NCBI RefSeq assembly: GCF_036321535.1
Contig: NC_087436.1
Coordinates: 104,658,001 to 104,722,000 of the forward strand
Direction: 5' to 3'
DNA length: 64,000 bases
From: Camelus dromedarius
Lineage: Eukaryota
This document shows, piece by piece, positions 12,748 through 25,288 of the stretch (positions within the stretch are counted from its first letter, which is position 1; every line of letters begins with the position of its first letter). The notes under the pieces were generated by a model. The model saw only the letters and a program-made list of their open reading frames with translations, was not told the DNA's origin and ran no database searches. The position numbers and the translations under genes are program-made.

Positions 12748-13078
12748 CAGGAGTAGACACACTTTTTCAGAAAAGGGACAAATTAGTGTTTAAGGCTTTG
12801 TGGGTCATATTCAACACACAGCTCTAAACTGTCATAATAATGAGAAAGTGATCATCGACAATGCATAAATCAGTGAGTGTGGCTGGGTAACAATAAAATT
12901 TTATTTATGGACAGTGAAGTTTTAATTTCATATAATTTTCATGTCATAAAATAGCATTCTTCATTTGATCTTTTCCAGCCATTTAAAAAATATAAAAACC
13001 TTTCTTTGCCTACTGGCCATACACAGAACAGGTGGCTAGGTAGATTTGGCCCTTGGGCTATAGTTTGCTGACCTCTGC
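12748..13078. mobile_element. MER58B-like hAT-Charlie element
   Basis: 'aataaaattttatttatggacagtgaagttttaatttcatataattttcatgtcat...tagtttgctgacctctg'. Confidence 0.8.
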
Positions 13079-13396
13079 CTTGGGGGTCAGGAAATCAATG
13101 AAGTGAGGTTGGATCAGGAATTAAAAAAAAAAAAAAGAATTAGAACCTGGTAGGATGAAGAAGATAGAAAATGCCAGACTGCACTGTACACAGAAAAGTT
13201 TTCATGAAATGTTTATTTCAGTTAATTGACATCTGTATGTGTGTATTGAATTAGGAGGCAAAATGTACTTCTTGCTGTAGAACGTGGTTGAAGGAAGTTT
13301 GAAAATCATCCACTTCGAGAAGCATTCCTTCCAGTATGACATTTTTATCTCAGAAGAGTTATTCTCTATTCACCCCACACCTCCAGATTTGATGTT

Positions 13397-13583
13397 AGTG
13401 TTGCCAGATAAAATATAGGACAGCAAGTTCAATTTGAATTTCAGATTTAAAGAAATGAATAATTTTTTCGTATTAGTATGTCCTATGCAATATTTAAGAA
13501 ATACATATACTGAAAATATTTATTTTTTTAATCTGAAATTCAAATTGAACTTGGTATCTTTTTTTTCCCTAAATCTGACAGCT
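13397..13583. mobile_element. MER53 palindromic hAT MITE
   Basis: 'gttgccagataaaatataggaca...aatttgaatttcagat...atctgaaattcaaatt...aaatctgacagc'; self-complementary arms visible. Confidence 0.85.
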
Positions 13584-13957
13584 TTATTTGGTATGTTATG
13601 AATTGTTTTAACTATTACCATAATGACCTAAAAGTCAGGTAAGCGCAGTCCAGTTCAGTTGGTAATTTAAGGAAAAAAGAAACTCTGATATTTAAAAATG
13701 CATACTGTATGCGAGGCTCTGTGTTCTTTCACAATTGCATAACTGCTAACCCTTGTTACGCACACTAAGAAAGGGACAGCTTTGTTGTCTGCACTTTACA
13801 AATGAGGAAACTGAAGTGCAGTTCGCCCACAATGACGTGCAGAACAGGGATGAAAGGATGGCTCCTCTGACCCCAGTTCCTTGCTGCCTCACCAGGTGGT
13901 TCTCAGAGGCAAGCTCTGCGGAAAGGTCACTGGTGGTTCACGATTCTAGCTGTGCAC

Positions 13958-14120
13958 GGTGGGAGCAGTCCAGCCAGGGTGCAGACCATAAGGGGTGCAT
14001 TGTCTGCGGAGAAGTTAAGCACAATATAAAGCCGGTGACAGTCTGGTTTTTATTATCACTACAGTGATATATACACCCCTCTCCTCGGGGCAGACTTCCC
14101 CGCCCTCCAGTATGCCACTA
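13958..14120. mobile_element. MER97-like hAT-Tip100 fragment
   Basis: 'ggtgggagcagtcc...gggtgcagaccataaggggtgcattgtctg...tttttattatcac...tatgccact'. Confidence 0.6.
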
Positions 14121-14189
14121 TGTGGTACTCGGTGCTTAGTAAATGTTACTTTCCTTTCTGCTCTTCTTTTTTTCTTTCTTTCTCTCTAC

Positions 14190-14382
14190 CATGGGGCTAG
14201 CAAATAAGTTTAAAACCACTTGCCAACTCTAATTGGTGATGGCAGCCTGGACTGTTGGGTTGAGAAGGATTCTCTGAAGTTCAGTCTTTGCTCAAAGAGG
14301 GCTCTGCTGGGTTAGTAATGTCTGCCCCAGGAAGGTGGGTGAGGCGTGGCAGCGTTGATCCATCCCACATGTTTGCTATCAC
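14190..14382. mobile_element. MER102-like hAT-Charlie element
   Basis: 'tgccaactc...ttgagaaggattct...taatgtctgcc...tgtttgctatc'. Confidence 0.7.
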
Positions 14383-15588
14383 ATAGTTAAACTCTGTTGC
14401 CTCCAGATAGCAAATGACTATGCTGGGCAGTTATTAACCATGAATTCAAAGCTTCTTCCCGCTTCAGAAAAGTAAGAAGGGTCCAGGGAGAGGATTTCTA
14501 TCCACTGTACGTATGACTCCTCCTGCTCAAACACGCAGCTCCTGAGTGACCTGGAGCTACATGCTGTGTGCACATTGGAGGCATAAGCAGGCAGGCAGGA
14601 AGGTTTGCTTGGGGCCAACAGCCAGGGGCAAATTAATATCTCCAGTCCACAAACTCTCACCGCTGGAAGCTTTTGCCTACGCTTGTCCATGGTGTGACCA
14701 GAGGCCTCTGCTGGCGTGTGCCTTATTGGAAGCAGCGGAGAGGAATGCCTTCTCTAATTCAGATGTGTGTGTGTGGCTGAAGACAGGGCTACAAAAATAG
14801 GCTGAAGGCAGGAATTTCCATTCTTCTATGTCCCCAAAGCAGTTTCCTCTTGGACACAAACTTCTGCCTTCCTTAAATTCCCAAATTGAGTAACTACTTG
14901 GAAGGCTTTCTTGGTTTTCTTATTTTAAAACTATTTTTCCAGCTGTAATTTTTCTTCAATCTGGAATTTTGCTCTTTCTGTTTCAAATTTCACTGTAAAT
15001 CCAAGTTGAAAATCAGACTTCTTATAAATAGCCTTTGTGTGCAGCAGGCATTTGGGTGTACCATGTTCTAACAGTGGAATAGTCTTCCATTTAGATGATC
15101 CCATAGTTCCCCTGCACCTCAGTCAACAGTTTACCCACCACCTCCACCCCAGAAATTGGAGATAATAATAGAAAGGCCATGGCAGGCCTTCAGATGGAGG
15201 AGCTGATAAGTTTAAGAAAGCCTTTAAGGTCAAGGAGAAGGAATGTTCAAAGGCACATAAAAATATTTGGATAGCTTCTTGGATATTTAATAGTGTTGGA
15301 AAAACCTTATTTTGTTGAGTCAGTAACTTGTGGGTCTAGAAATGGCTTCTACAACTATCTGGTCTATTTCCTCTCAGGGAGCGGTGGCATGAAGGGGCAG
15401 TGGTCCTTCTTATGTCTCATGCCAACTTTGTATTTTGTACAGAGGTCAAGATATTGGCCACAGAGGGAATTACATCCCCATCTGCCCCCCTCCAAAAGAT
15501 ATTGGCCACAATATAAAGAATATAGCCTTTTGATGATTCTGGCATATGTATATCTAAAATTTGAAGATCTGAGTTTTTCTTAACATAC

Positions 15589-15769
15589 TGGTGAGGCAAG
15601 GATCTCCAAGGAAATGGGTCTTGACTCTGTTGCTTTGTTTTGTATTGTTTCAGCTAAATGATTTGGTGAGTCATTCATCACGCTTTTCCCAATGGATTCT
15701 GTGTTGTTTTCCATTTTGTCCTTAAATCCAACTTCTAGGCCACTTAGTTGGATCTCTTCACCAGACTTT
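15589..15769 (-). CDS. Putative internal coding exon (181 nt, phase 2 to 0): KSGEEIQLSGLEVGFKDKMENNTESIGKSVMNDSPNHLAETIQNKATESRPISLEILASP
   Basis: Acceptor gttgctacAG|, donor cca|GTATGT; 1 nt plus 60 open codons; phase matches the upstream exon at 25288-25142. Confidence 0.55.
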
Positions 15770-18469
15770 CTGTAGCAACATTAATTCCTACATCAAAAAC
15801 TTTGTTCCCACTTAGATACTCCCAATTTGTCTCTCCCTCTATACCTATTCTCCTACCCAACCCAGCCTTCAATGTACCTTGGAAGTCAGGTCAATCAAGC
15901 CACCCTTGACTATTTGTCCAATGTCGTATGATTTCTCCCATGTCCCAACTCCTATTGGGAATCATTGTCTAGACTCAGTCTTTGCACTTGGTCTCTGATG
16001 ATCTCCTACAGTTGTTCACATTTTTCCTGAGGGAAAAGACCATTGTCATATACTTTTCCTATATTTTCCAGAAGGCCTCGCCCATGTTGGTTATGCCTCA
16101 GGCAATACTGGATTGATCAGTGGTTGAGAAGTCTTAACTGGGCCTACAGCTTATACAGAAGACTTTCCCCTATCTTTGTGGTGTTTGACCAAAGTTTGCC
16201 CCCAGCCTTACCCAATTACAGGAAAAATAGTGTTTGAAGTAGGAAGCTAGTTCTGTGAATCCACATTTCCTTTGTTGGGCAATGATCTAGCTGCATGTGG
16301 CATAGCTTTTGCTGACACACAGTGTACTCACTCTTTTCTTTCTTTTTTTTTTTTTCACGTCAGAAAAAGACTATTTCCATTCAAGTCACAAGTGGTGAAG
16401 GGTGGTAGTGGTTTCTCCGTGACCTTGGGCGAGTCATTTCAACACTGTCAGCTGCAGTTTCCTCTTCTACAACTTTTCCATCTCCAGTGTTCAGCGATTC
16501 TATAGCTTTGTGGCTGCTCAACTCTTCTCACATCTCATCCAACAGATTTGTTTATATGACAAAGGGAAAGAGCACCTCCGTTCCCTCTTCATTCTCTGCT
16601 CTGGATCTAATGTTGAAGGATGGAGCTGGTGAAGTTAATGACCAGTGGCCTGGCTGGGCCTCCCCTGCATAGTGACTGTACTTCCTTATGTCCCACTAGC
16701 TAAGACTCAAAGCCCACCTTGAGGACAGTGGCTTAATGTGTCCACCAGGAACATCTAGACATTCTGGTTTGGGGACAATGGTTCTGCTAATCTCTCTCCC
16801 TGCCACTGTGTTTATCCTCGAGAGCGCAGACTCTTCTGCCTGTGGTTTTACAACATTTGGCCACATCAAGTTTCCCGTTTAGAGCGTTTAGAAAATTCAA
16901 GACATGTACTAGCGACTACTAAAGGCTTTATTAGATGCCCTTTCTCTTTCTTTTATGTGGTTGATGGCAACAAGACTGTCTATCACTGTTAGCCATGATT
17001 TTATGAGTTGTTGCCTTTGGTGACATGTTTCTGCCATATCATCTTAGGTGTCACATCTTGAGGACAGATGTTTTGGGTGAGACATGAGTTGATTTTCACA
17101 AATCAAAAGTTGGTTCTTGCAGTAGAGGCAGAATAGAGGAAACCACTCTGTTATTAGGTTTTCAAATGAATGTTTACATCCCTGTAAAGCTAGTTCTGCC
17201 ATGATTGAAGAGAGATCTAAAGTTAGACCGAATTAACAAATATCTATTATCTAATTGCTGCTGTGTTTAATAAGCTATTCAAGCTTATTATTTCAAATAG
17301 AGAAATTATTTTGTAGAATGTTTAAAAGTCGTTTAATTGGATGCACTTTGGTCTCCTAAAGCATTTGCAGCATTTTTCCCTAAGAAGGCATTGTTCAGTG
17401 GGAAGTGACAGTGGGGTTAGTCCTCCTTGTTAAATAAATTCAGTGATTTATGTGCTTACATTTCCATGCACACTCAAGGAAGTAATTCCCCTTTGAAACT
17501 TACAAAATAATGATGCCAAGAAAGAAAAAAAGAAAGGAAAATCAGAGTTTCAGGAGAAAGTAAGTTGTCTAGATTAGAACTGAAACAATGTGGGGCCCAG
17601 AAATCTTGTAATATTCTGCCCATTAATAAATAAATGTGCACATACAGAAGAGAGGGGGAAAAAAGCCATCCATTTAGATTCAAAAGCGTGTCAGCCTAAT
17701 TATGTGAGACAATGGTGAGCTCAATAATTCCACTTTTGATCCACTGCTGTGTGAAGTTCATTATTATCTGTTTCAAATTATTGTTCATTTCAAGAGCTGT
17801 ACAATGAAAAAAGCGTGTAAAGACTTTGAAAGAGCCCTCGGTGCCTTCCCCGAAAGCTTTGTGAAACATTTCTTTGGAAAGATTTCTGCTGAGGCTGTGC
17901 ATTGGCTGTGAGTGGGCGTAGGGGATGGGCGTCTGTGCTTCCCCTTTTCAAATCTGTTTACCTTAAATACGTCTCCATGGAAACAAAGCCTACTTCTGAG
18001 TTGACTTTAGGGTTGTCTATAAGAGGAATGATCAGAAAAATAGAGAGAGCTGAAATTCTCATATAGTCCTAAAAAGGTCAGTCTAAGAGAGGGAAACAAA
18101 GGTCCATTCAGCCTCTCTTTAGGACTGGTGATTTAAAATAAGTTTTCTCCCTTAACTCTGAGAGTTAGATGGCATTATCTCTGTTTTAAAGATGAGGGCC
18201 TTGAACTGCTGAACATTTACTCAAATAGTAAGTAATAAACCCAGATTTGAACCCAGGCCTGTCTGAGTCTGAGACCCACGCTCTTTCTATAAAACCACAT
18301 TGCCAGTAGTTTCAACCCTTCCTTCTACCTCCCTCAAGCATTTTCCAGCACTGTATAAAAATGGGCCATGCTTGATGTTAACCTTCTTCAGGGTAAATAA
18401 AGGGCTTGTGAAGAAAGAGATACTAGAAAGAAAGAAAAATGTGTGGCCTGGATAAGCCAAGCATGGAAC

Positions 18470-18494
18470 CAGCAGCAGCAGCAGTGGCAGCAGC
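18470..18494 (+). repeat. (CAG)n microsatellite, interrupted
   Basis: cagcagcagcagcagtggcagcagc. Confidence 0.8.
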
Positions 18495-19021
18495 ATGAAC
18501 AGTTGCCCAAAATATTTCTAGAATCCTCGGCTGGTCCAGTAAAGCTCCATTTAACTAACAATCTCTTCAGTAGGAGGGCCTCCATTTACCAAGTTCCTGG
18601 CTATGCTACACTTTGGAGAGGAGACAAGGCGATGGACTGGAGAGTCCTGCAGATCTGGGTCCGAACCTTGACACCTACTTGTGGCAACCTGTGCTAGACC
18701 CTCAATAACTTCTCTGAGCCTCAGAAGTAAACAGAGGGTTCTGATGGGGATGGCTCTGGCCCCCAGGTGTTTTGACCAGGGACAACAGGCAACACCCTTC
18801 ACAAATCCATTTACACCTCTGATCTCTATCTCAGATACATACAAAATTCAAATTGTAGGGTCAACAGGGCTAGGAAAGAACCCACACTAAGGGAAGTGGT
18901 CTCATGTGGCGAGATGGCCCCAGCAACCAGGCCTGGGTATTGGAAAAAAAATTGTGGTCCCAGTGCGTGTTGTGGGTGTTATTAGAACTTAGCCCCATCA
19001 GCAATTAAAAATTTTTGACAC

Positions 19022-20166
19022 TTTTACCTCTTCTTTTCTGATTTGGATCCCTTTTATGTCTCTCTCTTGCCTGATTGCTGTGGCTAGGACTTCCAGGACT
19101 ATGTTGAATAGGAGTGGTGATAGTGGGCATCCTTGTCTTGTCCCAGATTTTAGTGGGAAGCTTTTGAGTTTTTCACTGTTGAGTGCTATGCTGGCTGTAG
19201 GTTTGTCATATATAGCTTTTATTATGTTGAGATATGTTCCCTCTATACCCACTTTGGTGAGAGTTTTTATCATAAATGGGTGTTGAATTTTATCAAATGC
19301 TTTTTCTGCATCTATTGAGATGATCATGTGGTTTTTGTCCTTTCTCTTGTTGATGTGATGTATTACATTGATTGATTTGCATATGTTGAACCACTGTTGT
19401 GTCCCAGGGATGAACCCCACTTGGTCATGATGTATAATCTTTTATATGTGTTGTTGGATTCTATTTGCTAATATTTTGGTGAGGATTTTGGCATCTATGT
19501 TCATCAGTGATATTGGCCTGTAATTCTCTTTTTCGGTAGTGTCTTTGCCTGGTTTTGGTATCAGGGTGATGGTGGCTTCATAGAATGAGTTTGGGAGTAT
19601 TCCCTCCTTTTCAATCTTCTGGAAGAGTTTGAGAATGACTGGTATGAGTTCTTCTTTGTATGTTTGGTAGAATTCCCCAGCGAAGCCGTCCGGTCCTGGA
19701 CTTTTATTTGTAGGGAGGTTTTTTATTGCTATTTTGATTTCATTTCTAGAGATCGGTTTGTTCAAGTGGTCAGTTTCTTCTTGGTTCAGTCTTGGTGGAC
19801 TGTATGTTTCCAGAAACTTGTCCATCTCCTCTAGGTTATCCAGTTTGGTTCCATATAGTTTTTCATAATATTCTCGTATGATATTCTGTATTCTATTTTA
19901 TTTGTTGTAATTTCTCCATTTTCCTTTCTTATTTTGCTGATTTGTGCGCTCTCTTTTTTCTTCTTTGTGAGTTTGGCCAGAGGTTTGTTGATTTTATTTA
20001 CTTTTTCAAAAAACGAGCTTTTGGTTTGATTGATTTTTTCTATGTTTTTTAAAATCCCTATTTTATTTATTTCCTCGCTAATCTTTATAATTTCCTTCCT
20101 TCTGCTGCTTTTTGGGTTTTTTTGTTCTTCTTTTTCTAGTTCTTTCAGTTGGTGGGTCAAATTGTT
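19022..20166 (-). mobile_element. L1 ORF2 internal fragment (N-terminal part of the reverse-transcriptase domain and upstream linker), disrupted
   Basis: Translations [62 protein letters not shown] are L1 ORF2; broken by a frameshift near 19.85 kb and a stop at 19442. Confidence 0.97.
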
Positions 20167-20974
20167 ACTAACTGCGGGACCCCTGAACTCTCACTGTAAC
20201 TGAGTGGAATTCAGAAGGAGCATTCGCCTGTTTATTTCAAGTGTGCGAGATCTCTGGCATATGGAGGTACAGGTATTTTCAGCTCTAATGATACTCAGGC
20301 AGTGGAGACAGAGATGAGGCAGTCAGTCTAAAGTAGCTTCTCCACGGAACAGTGAGGACCTGAGGCCAAAAATTCTAGCTCTGTAATCCATGGAGTTAGT
20401 AGACAATCAGGTGGGGTCCATGTGACATCTAAGTGGCCCTCAGCCTTCTCAGAATTATATGGATAGGGCCACCCTCTAAATAGTGCACTTCCTCTGGTCA
20501 AAAATGTAGGGCTTTGGAGCCACCGGGATTTAGGCGGAGATGATAGTGAGACAACTGCACTCAGCAGAGAAGCTGAGTTAGGTTATTGGGATGATGACAT
20601 ACAGTGCCAGGCACATAGTAGGCCTTCGATAAATGCTAATTATCTTGACCTGTCTGGAGCATAAGCAGGGATTGGCAAAGTGGGCCAGCAGAAGACACAG
20701 ACAGAACCTTGCAGTGCTGCCCCAGATCTCAAGGGGCATCCAGCCAAAGAGATCAGCTATCAGGGTGTAGTCTGAAAGAAATATTAGACAGGAAGAGGAG
20801 GGAAGGTGTAAATCCAGAAATAAGCTGGGAGGATCTGGGTGAAGAGAGGCCAAGACATGAGGCCTCCAACTGGAAGGGCTGGAGAAGGCAGGAAGGGATC
20901 CAGCGGGTGGGGACACTGAACTCACTCCGGGTCAGGCAGGGACTGGAGCCCAGGGGCTCTCTTCTCTCCTTTGC

Positions 20975-21935
20975 ACTTTTTTGTTTTGAAATAATTTCAG
21001 ACTCACAGGAAAGTTACAAGAATAGTACAAGGAAACCTCATATACCTTTCACCAGTATGTCCCAAATGTTAACATTTTACACTTTGCTTTATTCTCTATC
21101 TCGATTTCTCTCTGTACCTCATACTTACTATATATTTTTTGAACTGTTGGAAACACAATGCCTCTTTACATATATCAGTGTGTATTTCCTAAAAAATAAG
21201 AGCTTTTTATTTATGAATGGTAGTATGATCATCACATTCAGGAAATTAACCTTCATACAATATCATTATCCAAAGGGCTGACCTTATCCAGATTTTACCA
21301 GTTGGCCCAATAATATCCTTTAAGGCAAAAAAAAAAAAAAAAAAATTGCAGATCATACATTGCATTCAGTTGTCATATCTCTTCAGTTTCCTTGAATTTA
21401 CAACAGTTCCTTCATCTTTGTCTTTCATGATACTGATATTTTGAAGAATACAATTCAGGGCTCACACAGGCACCTCTCAGCTGTGTGGCTTGCTGTTGTC
21501 TATGGCAGAGTAACCTAATAAATTCCTTTTCTATTTTCAAAAAAAAAAAAAAAGGAATACAATTCAGCTACTTTATAGAATGGTTTCAGTTGGGATTTGC
21601 CTGATGTTTTCTCATGAGTAGATTCAGATGAACATTTTTTGGCAGAAAAAACACGAATATGATGTTGCATTCTTCCCATTGCCTCATATCAGGATGCACG
21701 TGATGTTGATTTTTCTCTTAACTTGTAACGTTAACTTTGATCATTTAGCTGAGGTGGTGCCTGCCAGGTTTCTCCACTGTAGGGTTGCGATGTTTGCTTT
21801 GTCATTAATAAGAATCTGGAGGACAGACACTTTGGGGCTATATAAATATTCTGCTTTTTCTCAAACTTTCTACTGTTCATACCATCTTGATGCTTTTGCC
21901 CAAATCAATGATCATTGTGATGATTGCCAAATGGT
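20975..21935 (-). mobile_element. Old L1MC-type 3' region
   Basis: 'ttttgaaataatttcagactcacaggaaagttacaagaatagtaca...ctttgatcatttagctgaggtggtgcctgccaggtttctccactgta'. Confidence 0.8.
21459..21554 (+). mobile_element. Short polyadenylated retro-insertion (5'-truncated retrocopy)
   Basis: About 80 nt with AATAAA 16 nt before an A15 tail; 13-bp TSD gaatacaattcag (21446-21458, 21555-21567). Confidence 0.85.
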
Positions 21936-22223
21936 AGAACCCAGTCTCTTTACTTAACTATTTCTGTTTAATGAGCAAGGAATGTGTATGCCCTTCACAC
22001 GTCCTGCATAATCTCCATAAGCCTTAGCTTATGTGCTGCTTCTTCCCTGAAATGCCCTCCTACCCCTTGTTCCTCAATATTTGCCAATAATTTCTTTCCA
22101 GACCCAACTCAAGATTCAACTCCAAGGACTTTTTCCATGACCCACTGCAATGGACAGTGACCATTCTTTTATTTTCCTTTCCATTTCTGCCTTTAGATGT
22201 TTCTTAGTTTTAAAGTATTTCTT

Positions 22224-22863
22224 TTTTTAAAATTTATATATATATATATATATATATATTTGAATAAAATTTATATATATATATATATATATATTTGAAT
22301 AAAATTTATATATATATATATATTTGAAGTATAGTCTGTTTATAAATATGTGTCAGTTTCTGGTGTATAGCACAATACTTCAGTCACATAGGAACATACA
22401 TATATTCATTTTCATATTCTTTTTAACCATAAGTTACTACAAGATATTGAATATATTTCCCTGTGCTATACAGTATGAACTTGTTGTTTATCTATTTTAT
22501 ATATAGTAGTTAATATCTGCAAATCTCAAACTCCCAGTTTATCCCTTCCTACCCCCTTCCCCACTGGTAACCATAAGTTTATTTTCTATGTCTGTGAGTC
22601 TGTTTCTGTTTTGTAAAAAAGTTCATTTCTCTCTCTCTTTTTTTTTTTAGATTCCACATAAAAGTGATATCATATGGTATTTTTCTTTCTCCTTCTGGCT
22701 TACTTCACTTAGAATGATATTCTCCAGGTCCGTCCATGTTGCTGCAAATGGCATTATTTTATTATTTTTTTATGGCTGAGTAGTATTCCATTGTATAAAT
22801 ATACCACAACTTCTTTATCCAGTCATTTGTCGATGGGCATTTAGGTTGTTTCCATGTCTTGGC
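22224..22863 (-). mobile_element. Young 5'-truncated L1 3' end with a (TA)n-expanded tail
   Basis: 'tgaagtatagtc...gtgtcagtttctggtgtatagc...ttagaatgatattctccaggtcc'; TSD taaagta(t/c)ttctt 22211-22223 / 22864-22876. Confidence 0.92.
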
Positions 22864-24829
22864 TAAAGTACTTCTTGAAGTCTTGACTTCTCCTTACAAC
22901 ATGACCAAGGCTACATCATCTTTTATAACATGTTTTTCAAACTATCTGTGGTTGAAGGGCCAGTTTTTGAAATTTTCCAAAATATTCAGGAAGAATCTGT
23001 TGTCCTACTGTACGTGGCTCAGTATCCAAGTTCAACCACACTTGAAGTGGCCCCTGTTGCCCTGTTCACTGAGTCAGGTCCATTGACCGTGTTCTTGAAT
23101 GTCATGGCAATGTCAAATTGCCCTAAAAGTTTCTAGACTTAACATAAGCTGGTAACATTTTATACTTAAAATTTTCTGTACTTACTATGGGCTGGTAATA
23201 TTTTGAGTGGCATGTTTTAGGGCATCTCCTCCCCTTCCCCACACCCACCCTGACTCCCAGACCCAAGAGAGGTAAATAAGGGAAATCGGATGACAGAGAA
23301 AATCTTTTTCCACTGATTGCCTCCGTCTCACTTGATTTCCATCGAAATTGTTTTTAGTGACATAATTGCCCCAAAGAGACCAAAGACTTCATGGGGGAAG
23401 AAATGATGACCAGTGGCTCCTAACAATGAATGGGTTTGAGAGGCTGAAGGGAACATTAGGATTATGGTAAGTAACCCCTGCCAGCATAATATTCAAAGGA
23501 CTAGGCAGATCTGCACTTGTCACTGGAATAGTTCAGTCTCTAACAATCAACTCAATGACATTGCTAACTCTTCTGCTTCGTTTCTCTTGGTGAAAACGGA
23601 GCTCCTCATCTAAGTCCCTAACATTCACATAGGAATGCTATTTAAAAGAAAATATTTATTGATTCTCTATCAGATGTCACTTGGGCACCAGAACCAATAG
23701 GTGCTGGGAAAAGGGAGGGAAGCAAAACAGTCCCTGTCCTCAGGAAGCTGATTTTCCACTCAAGGAGGCAGTGATAAGGCTGATAGAGGATCAAAACAAG
23801 GAGCCCTGAGAGCATAGGAGCTACTGGGGGGGTCAAAAGTGACCTCCTCAAGGGAGTGACATTAGTGAGAGCCGAGGTGGACAGAGGTGGGAGAGGAGGA
23901 CGGGGGTGTTGGCTCAGCAGAGATGTCAGCTCAGGCAGAGGTGGGGTGGGGTCCACACCTTGTAAGGATGTCCCGAGGGCTGGCATGACTGGGCCCAGAG
24001 GGCAGGAAGGGTCCAGACACAGGGCACGATCTGCATACCGGCCTTGTGGGCTGGAGAAGGTTCTGGGAGGGAGGAGCCAGATTGCGTTTTCAGGAGGATC
24101 TCTGTTGTAGAGAGACTGCTGGAAGGTCAGGGTGGGCTGTGCAGGAGGAGTGAGAAGCCCATTGTCCCAGGTGACAATGGCTCAAATCAGGCAGTGGAAT
24201 CTCTTGTTCATCTTTGGGGGACCTGTCAACAACCCAACTAATCCAATCCTTTGAGGGATGAGGGGACAGCGTTCCTGTTTTTTTCAGATGAGGAGACCTT
24301 TAAAGAGGATCTTCCTAATCAAGATATTCCTGCCCCAACGGGTAGTGGAGAGAAACAACTTCTGGGAAAGGCCGAGACTCCAGGCCACGTGGAGCCCAGG
24401 CGTGCGGGCTGCTGAAGGATCAGGAATCGATACTCCCTCTGGTGATGCTCAAGAAGACACTTCTAGCTCCTTCTGCCTCACCATTGACAGGATTTTCACC
24501 CAGCAGATCTTGAGAATGACGGCTCTATCATAGGAAATTAAAGCTGAATTTTAGTGTAGAATCTGTAACAACCCAGTTCCTAAAAGTCTTGCTGATTGGG
24601 AGCAGAGGGCAAGGCTGGCGAATTAGTTCAAATTTTGAATTAACAATATGTTTTAAAAGAAACAATGTGCTGACTTTCAAGGATAAATGTAAGTCACTTA
24701 GGAGTCATGTATACAAAATGGTTTTCCTTTCTCTAATACACAAATTTGCAGCACAATGTCATTACACACTGGTGTGTTCCAATCAGCTGGGAGGCATATT
24801 GTTAAAATGAGAAGAAAGTATCAATAATA

Positions 24830-25080
24830 AGGTAGTTATTATCTATTGAGTATTTACCAGGTACCACGCACACAGCCAAGCCTTTAGATTGAATAATTGG
24901 ATCCAGCCCTATCGATGAACCCTCCATGGTGGGAGTTCTATTATCACACCCATTCTGCAGATGAGAAAGCTGAGGCTCAAAGAATTTAAGTACATTAATC
25001 AAGGCCACACAGCCTGTAAGTGATGGAGTCAATGGGAACGTGAGACTGTTTGACATCCAAGCTTGTAATCTACTCCCAGC
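24830..25080 (-). mobile_element. MIR SINE
   Basis: 'cccattctgcagatgagaaagctgaggctca...caaggccacacagc'. Confidence 0.75.
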
Positions 25081-25141
25081 AATGGGGAAAACATCAGGGT
25101 TCTGCATGATTTACTTCTTTTGTGAATTAGAGTGAGCTCAC

Positions 25142-25288
25142 GGGTCTCCCTCGGTGAATGTCACTCTCATCCGCAGGGACTGTGGCTCCTGGAAATGTGT
25201 AGAACCCTGGGTGTGTCGATGTGAGTCTGGCTGGTGAAGGTCCAGTGCCTTGTATGTCTCATCAGGAAAAAGGTTGAGAACTGAATGT
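25142..25288 (-). CDS. Putative internal coding exon (147 nt, phase 2 to 2): HSVLNLFPDETYKALDLHQPDSHRHTQGSTHFQEPQSLRMRVTFTEGD
   Basis: Acceptor ttatctctttacTAG|, donor ccc|GTGAGC; only this frame is open; phase-compatible with both neighbours. Confidence 0.55.

Noticed and set aside
13397..13583. Long hairpin suggesting a miRNA precursor
   Set aside because: Explained by the palindromic MER53 transposon
16400..16606. Minus-strand acidic protein-like frame with two stops
   Set aside because: Its 3' part and donor are MIR-derived; purine-rich strand bias explains the look
18443..18697. PolyQ-containing ORF
   Set aside because: Produced by a short (CAG)n tract and runs into MIR-like sequence; no splice support
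24288..24420. Plus-strand acceptor-like ttttcAG|atgaggag with an open frame
   Set aside because: Matches the MIR core 'ttttacagatgaggaaac'; no partner exons
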